Shown: positions 15,352 through 38,175, numbered from the stretch's first letter. The stretch is 64,000 bases of DNA from the human T2T-CHM13v2.0 reference genome, Homo sapiens (GCF_009914755.1 NC_060947.1), one strand, 5' to 3'. Numbers and translations are program-made. Notes: a model not told the origin generated them from the letters alone.

Positions 15352-17208
15352 TTAAGCCTATGTGGCAAACAGGCCTCTTTCTAGCTCATGGTGCTATGGT
15401 GACATTGCAAGTCATTTGCCTATGCCAAAACTTGTATGATTGGGAAGTCCATGAGGACAAGCTTTATAGCAGATGCTCAATAAAATGTTATTGAATGAAT
15501 CAATTGGGCCTTAGGAGATTCAGGCTCTAATAGTAAATCTGGTACTATGTAGCTGTGTGGTACCTTCCACAATCACATCCCTACCTCTGGATCTCAGTTT
15601 CTCCATCTGTTGAATTGAGGGATAAACTTGCTACTATTCTGTCTCTCTTTCTCTCATTAGTCTATATAAAGTGCTTACAATGACATCTGCTATTTGGGAG
15701 CACTCTAAAAGTGTCTGTTTCTCTCGTTTAATCTACAAATCCCATTTTTCAAGCAAATTCTTACATGAAAGCCCAATATAAACCGCTGTTTCATTTGATC
15801 ATGAAAGACGGGAGACACTGAGGATCCAAGGAGCACAGTTTGGAAAAGCTTGAGATCTGTCCTGGGGTTACAAAATGCTCGCTGATGTTATAAAGACTAT
15901 GTAAAAATCAAGGCCCTGGGCTCCGCTATAGAAATTCTGATTCTTTAGGTATAAGGTAGGTCCTGTGACAGGATAAACGAGATCCTCAGGTGACTCGGAT
16001 ATGAAGTTATACGAGAAATAATGAACTAAATACTATTTAAGGTCCCTGCCAACATGGACATTTTACAATCCTATATTTTCCTTTGGTTAATTTGGGAAAT
16101 ATAATTTCAAACCAACACTGTTTTCCACAAATTACCTTCTATAGTGTTCCTAGTAGAATCAATAACAATGAATTATTGAGCACCAACTATATGCCAGACA
16201 CTGAGCTAAATGATTTACAGACACTCTCTGATATAAGTATTATCTGATTTGCTCCTCATGACCTTGTGAGGTGGATTATACTCCCCCACTATACTGATGT
16301 GGAAAACAGATGCTCAACAAGCTCAATTAATGTTACCAAGATCCCATAGCTAACATATAAAACTCAAATCTAAGCAGACACAAGACTTCTTAGACACCTG
16401 GGATTTCCTTTGGTTACAGAGACATAGAGGTAAAGACAAGGCAATGCCAAGAAGGCATAGATGTCTAACTCTAAAGCAGTGAAAAAAGTCACGGTCAGAT
16501 CAATGACACATGGCCTCCCACTTGTCCCTGTTAGACATAAACTATTCAGGGTAAGTCCTAGAGCTGATCGTCAGGGGGAGGAACTCTTCAGAATCCTCAG
16601 GCTTTCTCCATGAGCTCTAGGAAGCACTGTCATTTCTGCTAAATAACGAGTACCTACAATGCTACTGAGTGACCTTTTGGAGCCAATAATGAAAAATTTT
16701 TAATGAGAAGGCCCTCTGCACATATAATGTGAAATCCAAAAGGGTATCACAATTCCATCCAAAGTGTGCTTTAAGCAATTTTTTTTTCCAGTGAAACAAG
16801 ATGTATTGACTCAGGGCCAGCAGTATTGGCAATAGGAGGGCATGGCACACTCTGCGTTCTCAGCTTCCAAAGCAACTGCTCTTTCCCAACAATAGCCTCC
16901 CAGTAGGGTCCCCAGTATTTTTTTCTCGAAGCCTCCAGAGAGCCTCAGCCTCAGCTGTTGGAGTACTGGCTCTTCCTCTCACTACCACCACAATTCCCAG
17001 CTTTCAAAATGAGATTCAACAAGGACAATGACCATGACAGGCCAATGAATTTTCAAAACCTCTCTTTGGTCCTCAATAATGAAAGTCAGTTCATTAAGTC
17101 AGCATCCTTAAAAGCAGTGTTCAAATGATAAGTAGGAGCTTCTGAAATTGGCAGGCAAATGATCACTGAGTTAAAGAGTTATTATAAATCATACATTAAG
17201 AAGCAAAA

Positions 17209-17650
17209 AGGCCGGGCACTATGGCTCATGCCTGTAATCTCAACACTTTGGGAGGCCAAGATGGGTTGGATCACTTGAGGTCAGGTGTTCGAGACCAGCC
17301 TGGCCAACGTGGTGAAACCGTGTATCTATTAAAAATACAAAAATTAGCCAGGCATCATGGCGGGTGCCTGTAATCCCAGCTACTCGGGAGGCTCAGGCAG
17401 GAGAATCACTTGAACCCGGGAGGCAGAGGTTGCAGTGAGCCCACTGATCTCCAGCCTGGGGAACAGAGCAAGACTCCATCTTAAAAAAAAAAAAAAAAAA
17501 AAAAGAAGCAAAAGACTGGGTGTGGTAGCTGATGCCTGTAATCACAGAGCTTTGGGAGACCAAGGTGGTGGGAGGATAGCTTGAGCCCAGGAGTTCAAGA
17601 CCAGTCTGGGTAAACAGAGCAAGACCCTGTCTTTCTTTCTTTTTTTAAAA
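17209..17650 (+). mobile_element. AluS (17209-17504) followed by a left-monomer Alu/FLAM (17514-17650)
   Basis: Alu consensus motifs. Confidence 0.85.
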
Positions 17651-18999
17651 AAGCAGCAAAGATGTCATAATCAGCAGCTCTGATGGAGCCCCACAGACCC
17701 CCACAGGAACCTGGCATCACCAAGGAGTCATTTTTCTTTTGTTTATAAGTCATTTTGCCCAGGCTCACACACCCTTTTTCCTGCATAGCACTCATTGACA
17801 TTTGCAGTGAGGTTCATGGGATTAAGAGAATTAAGGCTCAAAGTTCAACATAAAGGAAGACATGAGAAAAGTCTCAGATCTGTTGGTGGCTTTGGTATCA
17901 ATAGGCACCTGTTCAAAATCAGACCCTTATACCAGAAAAAGGAGCCATTTATATAATTTCATGTACCATGTATCTCCCAATCTTCCAACTGATAGGCAAG
18001 TAGCAGTTATTTTTAAAAAGAAGTACAAAAATATCTTATATTAATAATAATGTTGAAATACCTAACATTCATTTAGACACTATGCACACTTGGCATTATC
18101 TCATCCCCATTTTACAAGATAAGAAAATTTAACACTTAGAGAGGTGAAGTTACTTGCCAAGGTTACAGAGCTATTAAGATGTAGAGGTAGAGTTCAAACT
18201 TGGGTTACTTGATTCCAGAGCCCATAATGTTAACTTTTAAATAGTCATGCACTTGGACCTGGATAGATTTACTGAAGTAAAATAAAATGGAGTGAATAAG
18301 AAAATAATACAAATACAAATATCTGACTCACTAGTTACACAGTCACATTTAACCAAAATGGTCACCAATCTAAATCTAAAAAATGTTCATTGAAATATTA
18401 CTTATAATAGTGAAAAATGGAAATAAGCTATATTTCCAAGAATAGCTAAATATTAAATGAAGTATAGCTCTCATAATAATGAAATTTGAATGTATCCATT
18501 ACTCATTCATTTACCAACATTTCATTGAACATCTACTGTATGCCAGGCACTCCTTTATGTGCTGGGAAAACAGTAGTGAACAAAACAAGGCCATACAAAC
18601 CACCCATAAAACTTGTGAAAAATCTTAAATTACATGGGAAAATGCTTATAATAAAATATTTGGTTAGAAAGATAATATTATATATTTAATATGAACTACA
18701 TTGCATACAAAGAAAACAGATATATGTAGAGAAAAAGACTTAAAGGATAATATAAAAGTATGTCCAAGATACTATTTCTGTGCAGGAATATCTTCCTATC
18801 ATAAGTAACTTATACTTTTATATATTATTAAAATTGACTATAATAGGCATTTATTAATAATAATACATTTTCACATTTTAGTTCCAGGGCTAATAAATAT
18901 AACTGTGTTACTAACTTGTTCCAGTAACAATAGATCATTCATAATAGCTCTTTGGTTCAGTGTTCTCATCTAGCAAATGCTCTACACTAACCCTTTAAC

Positions 19000-19215
19000 T
19001 CAGGAATCAGCAAACTTTTTCTTAAATGGCCAGAAGATAACGATTTTAGGCTTTGAGGACCATCCAGTGGTGGTCACTAACTACTCAGTGCTATTCTTGT
19101 GCCACAAAAATACCCATAGAAAACGCTTAAATAAATGAGTATGGGTATGTTCCAATAAAACTTTATTTACAAAAGCAGGTGGTGAGCTGGAATAGGCCCA
19201 GGGGTTTGTTAACCT
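19000..19215. mobile_element. MER58A-like hAT-Charlie element
   Basis: cagcaaactttttcttaaatggccag ... ttccaataaaactttatttacaaaagcagg. Confidence 0.75.
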
Positions 19216-19617
19216 CTCCTCTTTACCTTCATAACAAATAATACAAACGCAAACTTCTTTTGACTTCTACTATTCAACCTCCTCTTTTTAACATCTTTGA
19301 TAGATATTAACCCCATTTTAACAGAGGACAAGATGAGACTCAGAGACAGAAATATCTTCTCCAAGATTATACAACTAATAGAGTGAGTTGTTAAATCCAA
19401 TTCCCAAGAGAGATGCTAAGCAACCTGTTCCTGATAAGTTGTAGACACACAAATGCTAATTTAACACTTTCTAGGGAAATTTGATTCCTTAGAAGAATCT
19501 AACTCCAACCATTTTGGGAAATAAACCAAAAAAGTCCCCCTTTTAATATATCCTTTAGGAAAATAACTATGCTTTAAAGAAAAGGTCGCTTGCAGACTGT
19601 CTGAGTCAAAAATCTCA

Positions 19618-19989
<372 letters not shown>

Positions 19990-21943
19990 TCATCTCTATA
20001 AGAGCAGATAAAAGAAAACCAAAGGTAAGTGCTCTGAGCAGGTTGCAACTAGCATTTAATGAAATAAAACAAAAGATTAGATATGCAGTAGAAGAAAGTT
20101 TGAACAACTAAAATCACAAGAAGAAAGGATGGGGCATCTCAGTAAAGTCCTTAAAAGTTACGGGACATGTTTTTATCCTCAACACCTCTCCTCTCTGACC
20201 TGTTCCACTCAAAGCATGGAAGACATGAAACTACTTAGATATACTCTTAAGAGGGTCTCCTTACACATTTCCTAAACCCCTATTATGGGCAATACACTAG
20301 ATGCTTTCCATTTTATACGTGTGGAGTTCAAAGTCCCAGAGCTTGGTGGCAAAGCTGGAAATAGAAGCCAGGTGGTCTGTCTGCTTCTCCAGAGCCCTAT
20401 CCATGATGATACAGGTACCACCTGGACATTTTACATGTTAACCAGATGACAGCCTGGGTTAGGATGCTATCTGGAAGACGAAGACTCCTTAACTTGTTCA
20501 CAGAGTATTTATCAAGAGACCTGACCTAAGAAAGCAACGAATGAAAACAATCAGGGTGACATGGCCAAACAAATGCTTTTATTTTTGGTCAATGATTTTG
20601 AATTTTAGAATATATTTTAGTGTATAAGTTGGTATAAAATTAAATCATGTTTAGCTATACTTTTGAGAAGTTATCTTTATTGAGATTTTTTAAATATGCC
20701 CCCACCAAGAGGTCCAACCCAACTTTTGACCCTTGTTGCACTCCAAGAGTGGTTCTAAGGCCAGCAGCATCATCATCGCCTGGGAGGTGGAAGGAAATGC
20801 ACATTGCCAAGCCCTACCCTGGACTTAACAAATCAGAAATTACATTTTTATCCAAGCCCCAGGGCATTCATATACTCCTTAACTTTGAGGCACACTGATC
20901 TTACCAACAAAGCTAACCTGTTAGACCATGTTCTAGGAAAGCTTAAGCTTGTTGGTTATTTTTGGCTCTCTTTTCCGATTTCTTCTTTCTCTCCCTAGTT
21001 TCATCATCCTCCTCCATCCTGCATTTTCAAACCTATCATATGCATGGACTTACTGAGCCTGAGTATTTGCTCTCAGACCAAGGAAAATGGAGACAAGGCA
21101 AGCAACCACACTGAGTCCTTTTAATGAAAAGCTGACATCGTTAAGCAAAAACACAATAAAACAAGTTCAAGCATTTGGCTGAAACAAATTATAAGCCAAA
21201 AATTTTATTAGCATTTTGTCTTTGTCTCATTTTCAGAAATACTTATTATCAGAATTTTAAGTCTTAACTCTTTGAACGAATCACTGAAAATAGTAATAAT
21301 AACAATAATAATGACATTTTTACACAGACCAGGTTAGCATGGCTTCTCACAATTTTGACAATCTAGAATAACATTTTCCACTACAAATCTAAGCCACATG
21401 AATGTGACAAGTGCATGCACACCCTTCAAATCCTTTCACAGTACATCAGCAACGAGAACACAAAACTGGCTCCATGTCTGGAAAACAATTTATTTTTTCT
21501 GCTCTCCTTGGCTAACAGTAAAAAAGGGCAGGCCCAGAATTCCCCATCTGCTCTCTGTTATGCTCAGGGAAATTAAATAAAAACATTTATTGTGTTGCTC
21601 TTCCACACCTACTAGTATTTCCTAAATATTATTTGAGCCAAGGAAGGAACAGTTATTAATTATTCCTCTTCTTAAAATTATCTCAAAATTTCAGAAACCA
21701 CAAATACTATAATATTCAACATTTATAGTATTTTGAAAATAAAGGCATGGAATAAGGAAGAAGTTGCATCTAGTCTCCCTTTTCATTATTTGTACCTATC
21801 TCTTCTTTTCTCCAGACTCTGGGCCTTTAAAACACTATATCTACAAAAGGCCTTGAAATTTTATGAGGAGCTTTCCACAAACATTTCCATTTACTGCTCC
21901 CAACTACATAAAAGTAGGAAATACTGTCCTCACCTTAGAATCA

Positions 21944-22483
<540 letters not shown>

Positions 22484-23143
22484 TTAATTCTTCATCATTT
22501 TAAATTCACTACATCACTCCAAACAATGTGAACTCATCATTTTATCTTCCCCATCCCCGTCCATTCTGCCACTATGTCAATATTTTTCAGTCCAGCTTTC
22601 AGAGTCCTCTCTCCATCACCTTATTTATGTATGTGTCTTCCACAATGTCTTTACTTCACCTTTCCCTTACACATTATAGAATGTAGTTGGATAGTGCTTT
22701 TTAGGCACTTTGAACTTTAAGGGAATGAGACAGAATATGAACAAGATTGATTAATTAGTGTAGACACCTGTTTTTCATCACAATACTTTTCGAGAGTTTC
22801 ATGAAAATAGAATCATATAAAATAGACTCCTTTGTATCGGACTCATTTAGGTCTGCACAATGTTTTAAAATTCATCCACGTTATCGCTTGTATCAGTAAT
22901 TTTTGTTTTTGTTGCTAAGTAACACTCCATTATGTAAATATACCACAATGTGTTTATTTATCATTTCTTCATGGACATCAGTGTTTGTTTCAGTTTTTCA
23001 CCATTGTGAATAAAGTTTCAAAGAAAATTCATGCACAAGCCTCTTCAGGGCGTATGTTTTCATTTCTCCAATGCATGGGTTACATGGTAAATTGGTAAGT
23101 ATACATAACCCGAGTGCCACATTTAGCTAAAAATAAATCAAGA

Positions 23144-25050
<1,907 letters not shown>

Positions 25051-25413
25051 ATGTTTATCAATCTTTTATAAAATAAATGACCATTTTTTTTCAAACATGA
25101 TTATACCATTTTGCATTCTGTAGGATAATTTCAGATGATCCACATACTTGCCAACACCTGGTTATTTATTTATTTATTTTCATTTTAGTCATTCTAATGG
25201 GTGTGTAATAGTATCTCACTAGTTTTAATTTGCATTTTTCTGGTGATTAATGATATAAATGTCATATATTTATTATTTGCGTATCTTTTTTTCAAGAAGG
25301 GTCTGTTCAAATCTCTTGCCCATTTTATAATTGAGTTGTCTTATGACTAAACTATAAGATTTCTTTATGTATTCTGGAAACGAGTCTTTTGCCAGATAAA
25401 TGTATTGCGAATA

Positions 25414-25467
25414 TTCTTTAAATTAACAAAGGGCTTAGCATTCTTTAAATTAACAAAGGGCTTAGCA
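25414..25467. repeat. Perfect 27-bp tandem duplication
   Basis: ttctttaaattaacaaagggcttagca x2. Confidence 0.95.
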
Positions 25468-25912
25468 ATCTGAATACTGTTTATTTAATTTTAAAAAGAC
25501 TGAATCTCTATAAGAACAGTGACCTTTTTGGTATATTAAGGTATGCTAATCAAAGCACCATCTCCATCTCTGCAGTAACACTGAAAACCCACAGTCATAC
25601 AGCTACAACAGCTGTGAAAATCAACAGCTTAGCAGCCACTAGAGAAGGCAGAATGTGGTTGAAGTTTCACAAGGCCCTACCCCCAGAAAATTGCCATCCG
25701 GTTTAATATGTCCTATAAGCTCTATACTCAAAATTTGTCTTAGTTTGTTCTGACTTTAAGTTCATTCTGTGAAAACAACACTGCTATTGGGGAATTTGTC
25801 AAAAACAATCATCTGAAATAGTTTAAGATTATGGTGACCTGAAGCAGTGTGACAAGCTGAAATTAACAAGAGGCTGACCAAAACACTTGGTAAAAAAAAA
25901 TAATAATAATTA

Positions 25913-26220
<308 letters not shown>

Positions 26221-27510
26221 ATTTTTAATGGACAATGGCCTGCCCATGGGGGCTTTGAAAAGTTGCAATGTAAAATCTAGAAAGACATGGGTCATAAAAA
26301 AGAATATGTGCATGTTCCAGGCTATTCATAGGCCCATGAAAGACTTAAGAAGTTCCTAATCTCTCACCTCTTGCTTAGCCTTGAGGTTCTGCACAAGCAG
26401 GAAGAGAAACATAAGGCATAATGGTCATCTGACTAGGTGAATGTCGTTGAAAGCATATCCCAATTCACACAATGACCAGCAGCAAAAGCTGGAAGGCTAT
26501 TGGTTCAAAGTATTTAAATTAAATCATTGTTCAATCATTAGCTGCCCACTAAGCAAACCTACCAGAGGCTTCAGTGGCTTCTAACAACAAAGAATACACA
26601 CTTTATAGAATTAGTCCAAAAAGTCAATAAATAAGCATACAATAACAAACAACCACCCTGGGGAAGGGAAAAATCTAATTTCCAGAGTTGCCACATGATT
26701 TTATATGTTCACTTTTCAACAAAAAATTATGAGACAGACTAAGACACAGGAAACAATAGTCCATGCTCAACGGGACACCATGCCTAAGAACTAAGGAAAG
26801 ACTGAGAACAATGTCTCACCAAAGAGAAAATATCAATAAAACAATGGAAATAATTTTGAAAGAACCAATTAAAACATACAGTGGTGAGGGAGCTGCTGAA
26901 TAAATTCTTCCACTCTTCAGTCCCCAGCTGGATAGTTCTCAGTCATATTTCATAAGGCCCTTCAGAGGCTACAGCATGATTAAACTAGTTGTCTGAGCAT
27001 TGGCCAACTCAATAATGCATCCAAATATTGGCTTTTCCTCCTTTCCCATTTCACTTCTTTTCCACTCCCTGCATTGATCATTTCCTTTGTCCCTCACTCT
27101 TGCTTCCACTTAAACTACCTCTGCTCCCAAGCCTCTGCATCAAGCTCTCTCTGCTTTTAGGGGGAAGCCAGGTAAAGATAATGAGCTCTTCATTACTGGA
27201 GCTGACTACTACTCGTTACTGGAGCAAATGTTAGAAAAAGATTCTAGGCATTAGATTATAACAAACTTTATCGAAAGATTGGGGAGGAATCAGTAACTAA
27301 CTGGAATGGGAAGTTGGGAGATACAAAGAAGGGGAGCAAGAATGAAGGAGAAGGAAAATACATGAGCTGCTTCAGAGAAAAGAAAAGCTTTTCTTATCCA
27401 TAATCTCAAAATCTAAAATAATGTCCAGTATAAAGTAGGTCGTCAATGTTAGCCAAATGAATGTATGACTTTAAAAGAGTAAATCAACTTTTTAATTTCT
27501 AAAGGTCTAA

Positions 27511-28308
<798 letters not shown>

Positions 28309-29127
28309 GGAATTTATAGCGAATGGATATACGAAACTCCATGTGAATTGTGCCAGTAATCCATTATGCCATAAAAGCTGCATAAGGATAACCTATAGAA
28401 AATTGTTCTGAGATATTAGTGCCAAAGGTACTGATCAACCCAGGGAGTGGAAAAAGGGTGTATCAAGAAAAGGAAATAATGAAGCTCAAGTCCTAATTAG
28501 TTTCCACTTATAGAGGAGACAAACTACAATGCAACATGTATAGAACAGGAAAACATGTATAAAACGTTATCTACAAGTACAGGTATATATATTTACCTGT
28601 ATTGTGTATAACTCCATTTGCACCTAGTTTTTAACTGGGAAGAAACTTAGGTAGCTAAGTTTCAATATGACTCAAAACTTCATGGATGCAACTCTAATTC
28701 TAAAGCAGATTACACAATAAAAATGCCCGAGGGATTCCTAGGCTTTGTGGTTTTGACTACTTTCAGTTTGAAATAAAAAATGTTCTCTTAACACATGCAT
28801 CCCTTTATACTTATGAATTTATTAGTTTCAATGACTCATCACATTACCACCTGGTAAGGTTATGTGCTTTTCCAAAGCAAAATGAGGTAGTGGAAATATC
28901 ACTAAGACAGGAGTTTTAGTCTTGCCTCTGGAACAAATCAGTTTCATGAGTTTGGGCAAGTTAACTTGCCTCCCTGGGCCTCAATTAATCAAAAACAAAA
29001 AAATGCTACTACTTACCAGTTACTGTGGCTTCCCTTTAGTTCCTACAGTTGTGAAAGAAACATAATATCATATACCTCATTGGCTTGTGGGGGGATTAAA
29101 ATAAGATGTCATGGTGAAGTTCTTTCA

Positions 29128-29921
<794 letters not shown>

Positions 29922-30362
29922 TGGTTCTTGCATTTTTAAAGGGTTATAGACCCCTTTGAGAATATAAAAAATACTTTCTTCCCAGAAAGATATATGTAAC
30001 ATAAACTTCTGTACAATCTCTACAGTTCCAGATGCCCTAAGAAACCCATGTTAAGAACCAATAAACAAGATAATCCTCAAGGTCTCTTCTCTTTAACACT
30101 CTTGAGTATATGTTTTTCCTTTTTAAAATGAGTAAATGAAGTAGCTACTCTATAAATCAGATTGATTTAACCAAAATATCTTCCTCCTAATCCAAATACA
30201 TAAAAATACTGGGTAAAAGGGCAACAAACATGTGTGTATTTTTAAAATACATAGCAAACTGAGAAAGCAAGAAAAAGAAGCTCCCAAGTACTAGAAATGA
30301 AGAACAAATTCAAAGCCATAACAGAGAGCAGCAGCTGAGGCAGTAGAGAGATTAGAACTAGA

Positions 30363-31010
30363 TATACTCAGTTCTCATTATTTACGGATTCTATATTTGC
30401 AAATTTGCCTAGTCAATAAAATGTACTTGCAACACCAAAATCAATACTTACGACATTTTGCCCACTCATTCATGGACATGCAAATAGCTATGAAAAATGT
30501 GAGTCACCAATATATACATTCTGAGCTTGAAAAGGGGGATACTGCCTTCTTGTTTCAGCTCTCATACTATAAAACAATTGTCCTTTTCCTGGTCTATTTA
30601 GTGCCACATTTGTCACATTTTTCTACTTCTTGTTGATGGGTTAGCTGTTTAACATGGCCCCTTAGCATAGTGCTGAAGTACTATCTGGTGGTCCTAAAGG
30701 AAAGAAGGCTGAGACATCCTTACAGAGAAAACAAGTAGGTGCTAGATAAGCTTCGTTCAGCCACAGCTTCTAGTGCTGTTAGCCATGAATTCAATGTTAA
30801 TGAATCAACTATATATATGATAAAATATGGGGTCTTTAAACAGAAACCAGGTAAAACAAGTTTATGTATTGATGGCTGCTGAAAACGTGGAGAGGCTCAC
30901 AGGTACCTAACCCTGTATTTCCTCTAGGAGAAATGGTTCAGTATTCACTAACTAAATGTTTACATTGACTTTACAGAGCATAACTACCATGAATAACAAG
31001 AATTGACTAT
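30363..31010. mobile_element. TcMar-Tigger non-autonomous DNA transposon (MER82-like)
   Basis: ~650 bp with imperfect terminal inverted repeats (tcagttctcattatt ... aataacaagaattga) and TA flanks. Confidence 0.7.
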
Positions 31011-31807
31011 ATGTGGTAGTTGGAATTTTATCAGCAGGCAAAGGGACATTACTTAGGAGCTGGGAGCTTGGAATGAGGTCCCTTCATGAGGTCTACTGGC
31101 ATATGACACTGTAGGAATACACTAGAGAGTCTCCCATTGTGGTAAAATAAAGTTATCCAGAACCACAAGCTTTTGCTAATTAGAGTTCAAGTTTATACTG
31201 CTCACAAAGGTTTCTAAAAGTTAATTTTAAAACTAATCCTGAACCAGCACCACGCAAGCTCTAAGAAGAGGAAAAAAAAAATGCCCCATAAGAACACCTC
31301 TATAACCCAGGGCACATAAGGGAATCCCAAAGAAACAACTGCCACCCAGAACTTCACAGTTGAAAATTATAAACCACACTAGGAAACCAATATGAGAGCC
31401 AGGCAGCAGTCAAGGCAAATAAGTGGGTTCTCTTCTGTAAGATCTAGGATTATATTACACTCCAAAAAGTAATTTTTAAATATGAATAATTTAAATATTC
31501 AAAAAAATAGTAAAAATTAGAATCCATATACCAGTCACAGATTATCTCAAAAGAAACAAGAATCAGAATGACAGCCATTTGCTCAACAACAACACTGCCA
31601 AAAAATGGATTATTAGTTTTTACTTGCTAAGAGAAAATAACCATCAACATACTAGTAGCAAACTAGAAAACAGATCTGAAGAAATCATCCAGAGCACAGC
31701 ACAGGGAGAAAAACAGCTGCAAAATATAAAAGAAAAAATAGAAGATAAGGCTAGGAAAAGAGGCACTGATAGGAAAACCCAAATAAGGGAATAAAAGGCA
31801 TGGGGGA

Positions 31808-33962
<2,155 letters not shown>

Positions 33963-33979
33963 AAGAAAGGAAAGGAAGG

Positions 33980-34855
33980 CTTTTATCCAAAAGGCAGGCA
34001 ATAATAAATGCTGGCGAGTATGTGGAAAAAGGGGAACCCTCGTACACTGTTGGTGGGAATGTAAATTAGTACAACCACTATGTAGAACAGTTTGGAGCTT
34101 CCTTAATAAACTAAAAATTGAGCTGCCGTATGATCCTGCAATCCCACTGCTAGGTATATACCCAAAAGAAAGGAAATCAGCATACCGAATAGATATCTAC
34201 ACTCCCATGTTTCTTATAGCACTCTAAGTGTCCATCAACAGATGAATGGATAAAGAAAAAGTGGTACATATACCACGTCATTCACAAATACCACAAATGA
34301 GATCTAATCATTCTTTTTTTATGGCTGAATAGTACTCCATTCAACCATAAAAAAGAATGAAATCCTGTCATTTCCAACAACAATGGATGGAACTGGAGAT
34401 TGTGTTAAGTGAAATAAGCCAGGCACAGAAAGACAAATTTCACATGTTCTCACTTATTGGTGGGAGCTAAAAATTAAAACAATTGAACTCATGAAGATGG
34501 AGAGTTGAAGGATGATTACCAGAAGCTGACAAGGGTAGTGGGGAGTGAGGGAAGAGAGTAAGAATGGTTAATGGGTACAACGATATAGTTAGAATGAATA
34601 AAATCTAGTACTGAATAGCACAACAGTGTAACTATAGTCAACAACAATTTATTGTATATTTTAAAATAACTAAAAGAGTATAATTGGTTTACAGTACAAA
34701 TAAATGATAAATGCTTGACATGATTGAATACCTCATTTACCCTGATGTGATTATTAACCATTGTATGCCTGTATCAAAATATCTCATGTACCCCATAAGT
34801 ATATATACCTATTATGTACCCACAAAAATTAAAAAAATTAAATTTTTTTAAAAAG
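33980..34855 (+). mobile_element. 5'-truncated L1 3' end (L1PB/L1MA-like)
   Basis: ggcaataataaatgctggcgag ... ctaagtgtccatcaacagatgaatggataaag ... tatgtacccacaaaaattaaaaa. Confidence 0.88.
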
Positions 34856-35052
34856 AAATAAATGAGAGGACATTACTACCAATTTTACATGAATCAATAG
34901 GATTATAAGAGAATACTATAAACAATTGCATGCCAACCAATTGGATTGCCTAGATCAAAAGGACAAATTCCTTGTAACACACAACCTACAAAAACTGAAT
35001 AACAAAGAAACAGAAAAACTGAATAAATGAATGCCATTAGGAGATTGAATCA

Positions 35053-36060
<1,008 letters not shown>

Positions 36061-37242
36061 CAGAAAAGAAAGGGAAGAAAAGGAAGAAAGGGAAGAAAGA
36101 AAGAAAGAGGGGGGAGAAGGAGGTAGGGAGGGAGGAAGGGACAGAGAGAGAGAGAAAGACAGAAAGTAAGAAAGAAACATACTCATCTCGATTTATGCGA
36201 AGTCATTCTACACATTTCATTTGATGAAATTCAACACATTTCATATTAAAACAAACAATAAACTATGAATAGAAGATTGCTACCTCAACATGATAAAGGT
36301 CATATATGAAAAACACACAGCTAATATCATACTCAATTATTAAAGTCTAGAAGCTTTACCACTTCTATTCAACACAGTATTGGAAGTTCTAGCCACAGCA
36401 ATTTAACAAGTAAAGAAAATAAAATGTAAACTTAAATTGTAAAGGAAGAAGTAAAATTATCTCTATTTGCCAATGACATGAACTTAACATGCAGAAAATC
36501 CCTAAAATTCACAAAAAATATTATTAGACCTAATAAATGAATTTAGAAGTTACAGGACACAAAACCAACACAAAAAAAACAGTTGCATTTCTATACACTA
36601 AAAAATTAACAATTAGAAAAATTAAGAATATAATTCCATTTACAGTAGCGTCTCAAAGAATAAAATACATAGGAATAAATTTAACCAAGGAGACAAAAGA
36701 CTTGTACAATGAAAACTACAAAGCATTAATGAAAGAAATTAAAGACAGAAATATATGCAAAGACATCTGTGTTCATGGATTAGAAGACTTAATATTATTA
36801 TAATGACAGTCTCATAATCTGGTCTCTAAATAAATAACTAAAAATTAAAAAAAACAGGAGTGGTTATATTAATATCAGATAAAGTAGACATCAGAGCAAA
36901 TAAATTAATAGGGATACAGAGGGGCATTACATAATGTTAAAAGTGCCAATCCACCAAGAAGATATAGCATTCCTAAATGTGTATGCACAAAACAACAGAT
37001 GTTCAAAACACATAAAGCAAAGACTGACAGAACCATAAGAAGAGACAAATCCACAATTACAATAGGAGACCTCAACAGTCCTCTTTCAACAATGTATAAA
37101 ACTAGACAGCAAGGTTATAGAACAACTAAGCAACACCATCGGTCTACAGGATCTAATCAAAATTTATAGAACACCCCAACCAAAATTAGCAGAATAGACA
37201 TTCTTTTCAAGCGTCCATGATATATTACTGATATAGACCATT

Positions 37243-37745
37243 ATATTAGTTTTCTATTCGCTGCCATAAGAAATTACCATAAACTTGGTGGTTTAAAACA
37301 ATACAAATGTATTGTCTTACAGTTCTTGAAGTCAAACCTCAAAATGGGCCTCACTGAGCTACAATCAGTGTCAGCAGGTCTGTGTTCCTTCTGGAGGCTT
37401 TTAGTGAGACTCTCTTTCTTTGCCTTTCCCAGCCACGCACATTACTTGGTTCCTGACCAAAGATTTCTCCATCTTCTACATCAGCAATGTCAGATCAAGT
37501 CCTTATGACACCTCCACCACTCTGGTTCTCTCTTTCCTGCCTCCCTCTTCAATGTATAAAGACCGTTATGAAAACACTGGGCACAATTGGCTAATCCAAG
37601 ATATGCTCACATCTCAAAATTAGGCCATCAGCAAACCTCATTACACTTGCAACCTTAATTCCCTTTTGCCATGCAATATAACATTTATAAATTTAAGTGA
37701 GTAGAATGTGGACACCTTTGAAGGGCTATTATTCTGCCTACCACA
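37243..37745 (-). mobile_element. MaLR LTR (MLT1-like)
   Basis: tattagttttctatt..gctgccataagaaattaccataaacttggtggtttaaaacaa ... ttattctgcctaccaca. Confidence 0.8.
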
Positions 37746-37851
37746 GCCATATTCTGAGCCATAAAACCAACCTCAAAAAAAGTTTTTTTATTTTCAATTC
37801 CACAGGGAATATTCTGTGGTCAGAATGAAATCAAACTAGAAATCAGTAACA

Positions 37852-38175
37852 GGCTGGGCACGGTGGCACAAGCCTGTAATCCCAGTGCTTGGGGAGGCTG
37901 AGGCATGTGGATTGCTTGAGCCCAGGAGCTCGAGAAAGGCCTGGGCAACATTACAAAGCCCCATCTCTACAAAAAATACATGAAATTAGCCTGGCGTGGT
38001 AATGCATGCCTGTAATCCCAGCTACTCAGGAGGCTGAGATGGGAGGACTGCCTGAGCCCAGGAGGTCGAGGCTGCAGTGAACCCTGATGGTGACAATGCT
38101 CTGCAGCCTGGGCAACAGAGTGAAAATCTGTCTCAAAAAAAAAAAGAAAAAGAAGAAGAAGAAAGAAAGAGAGGA

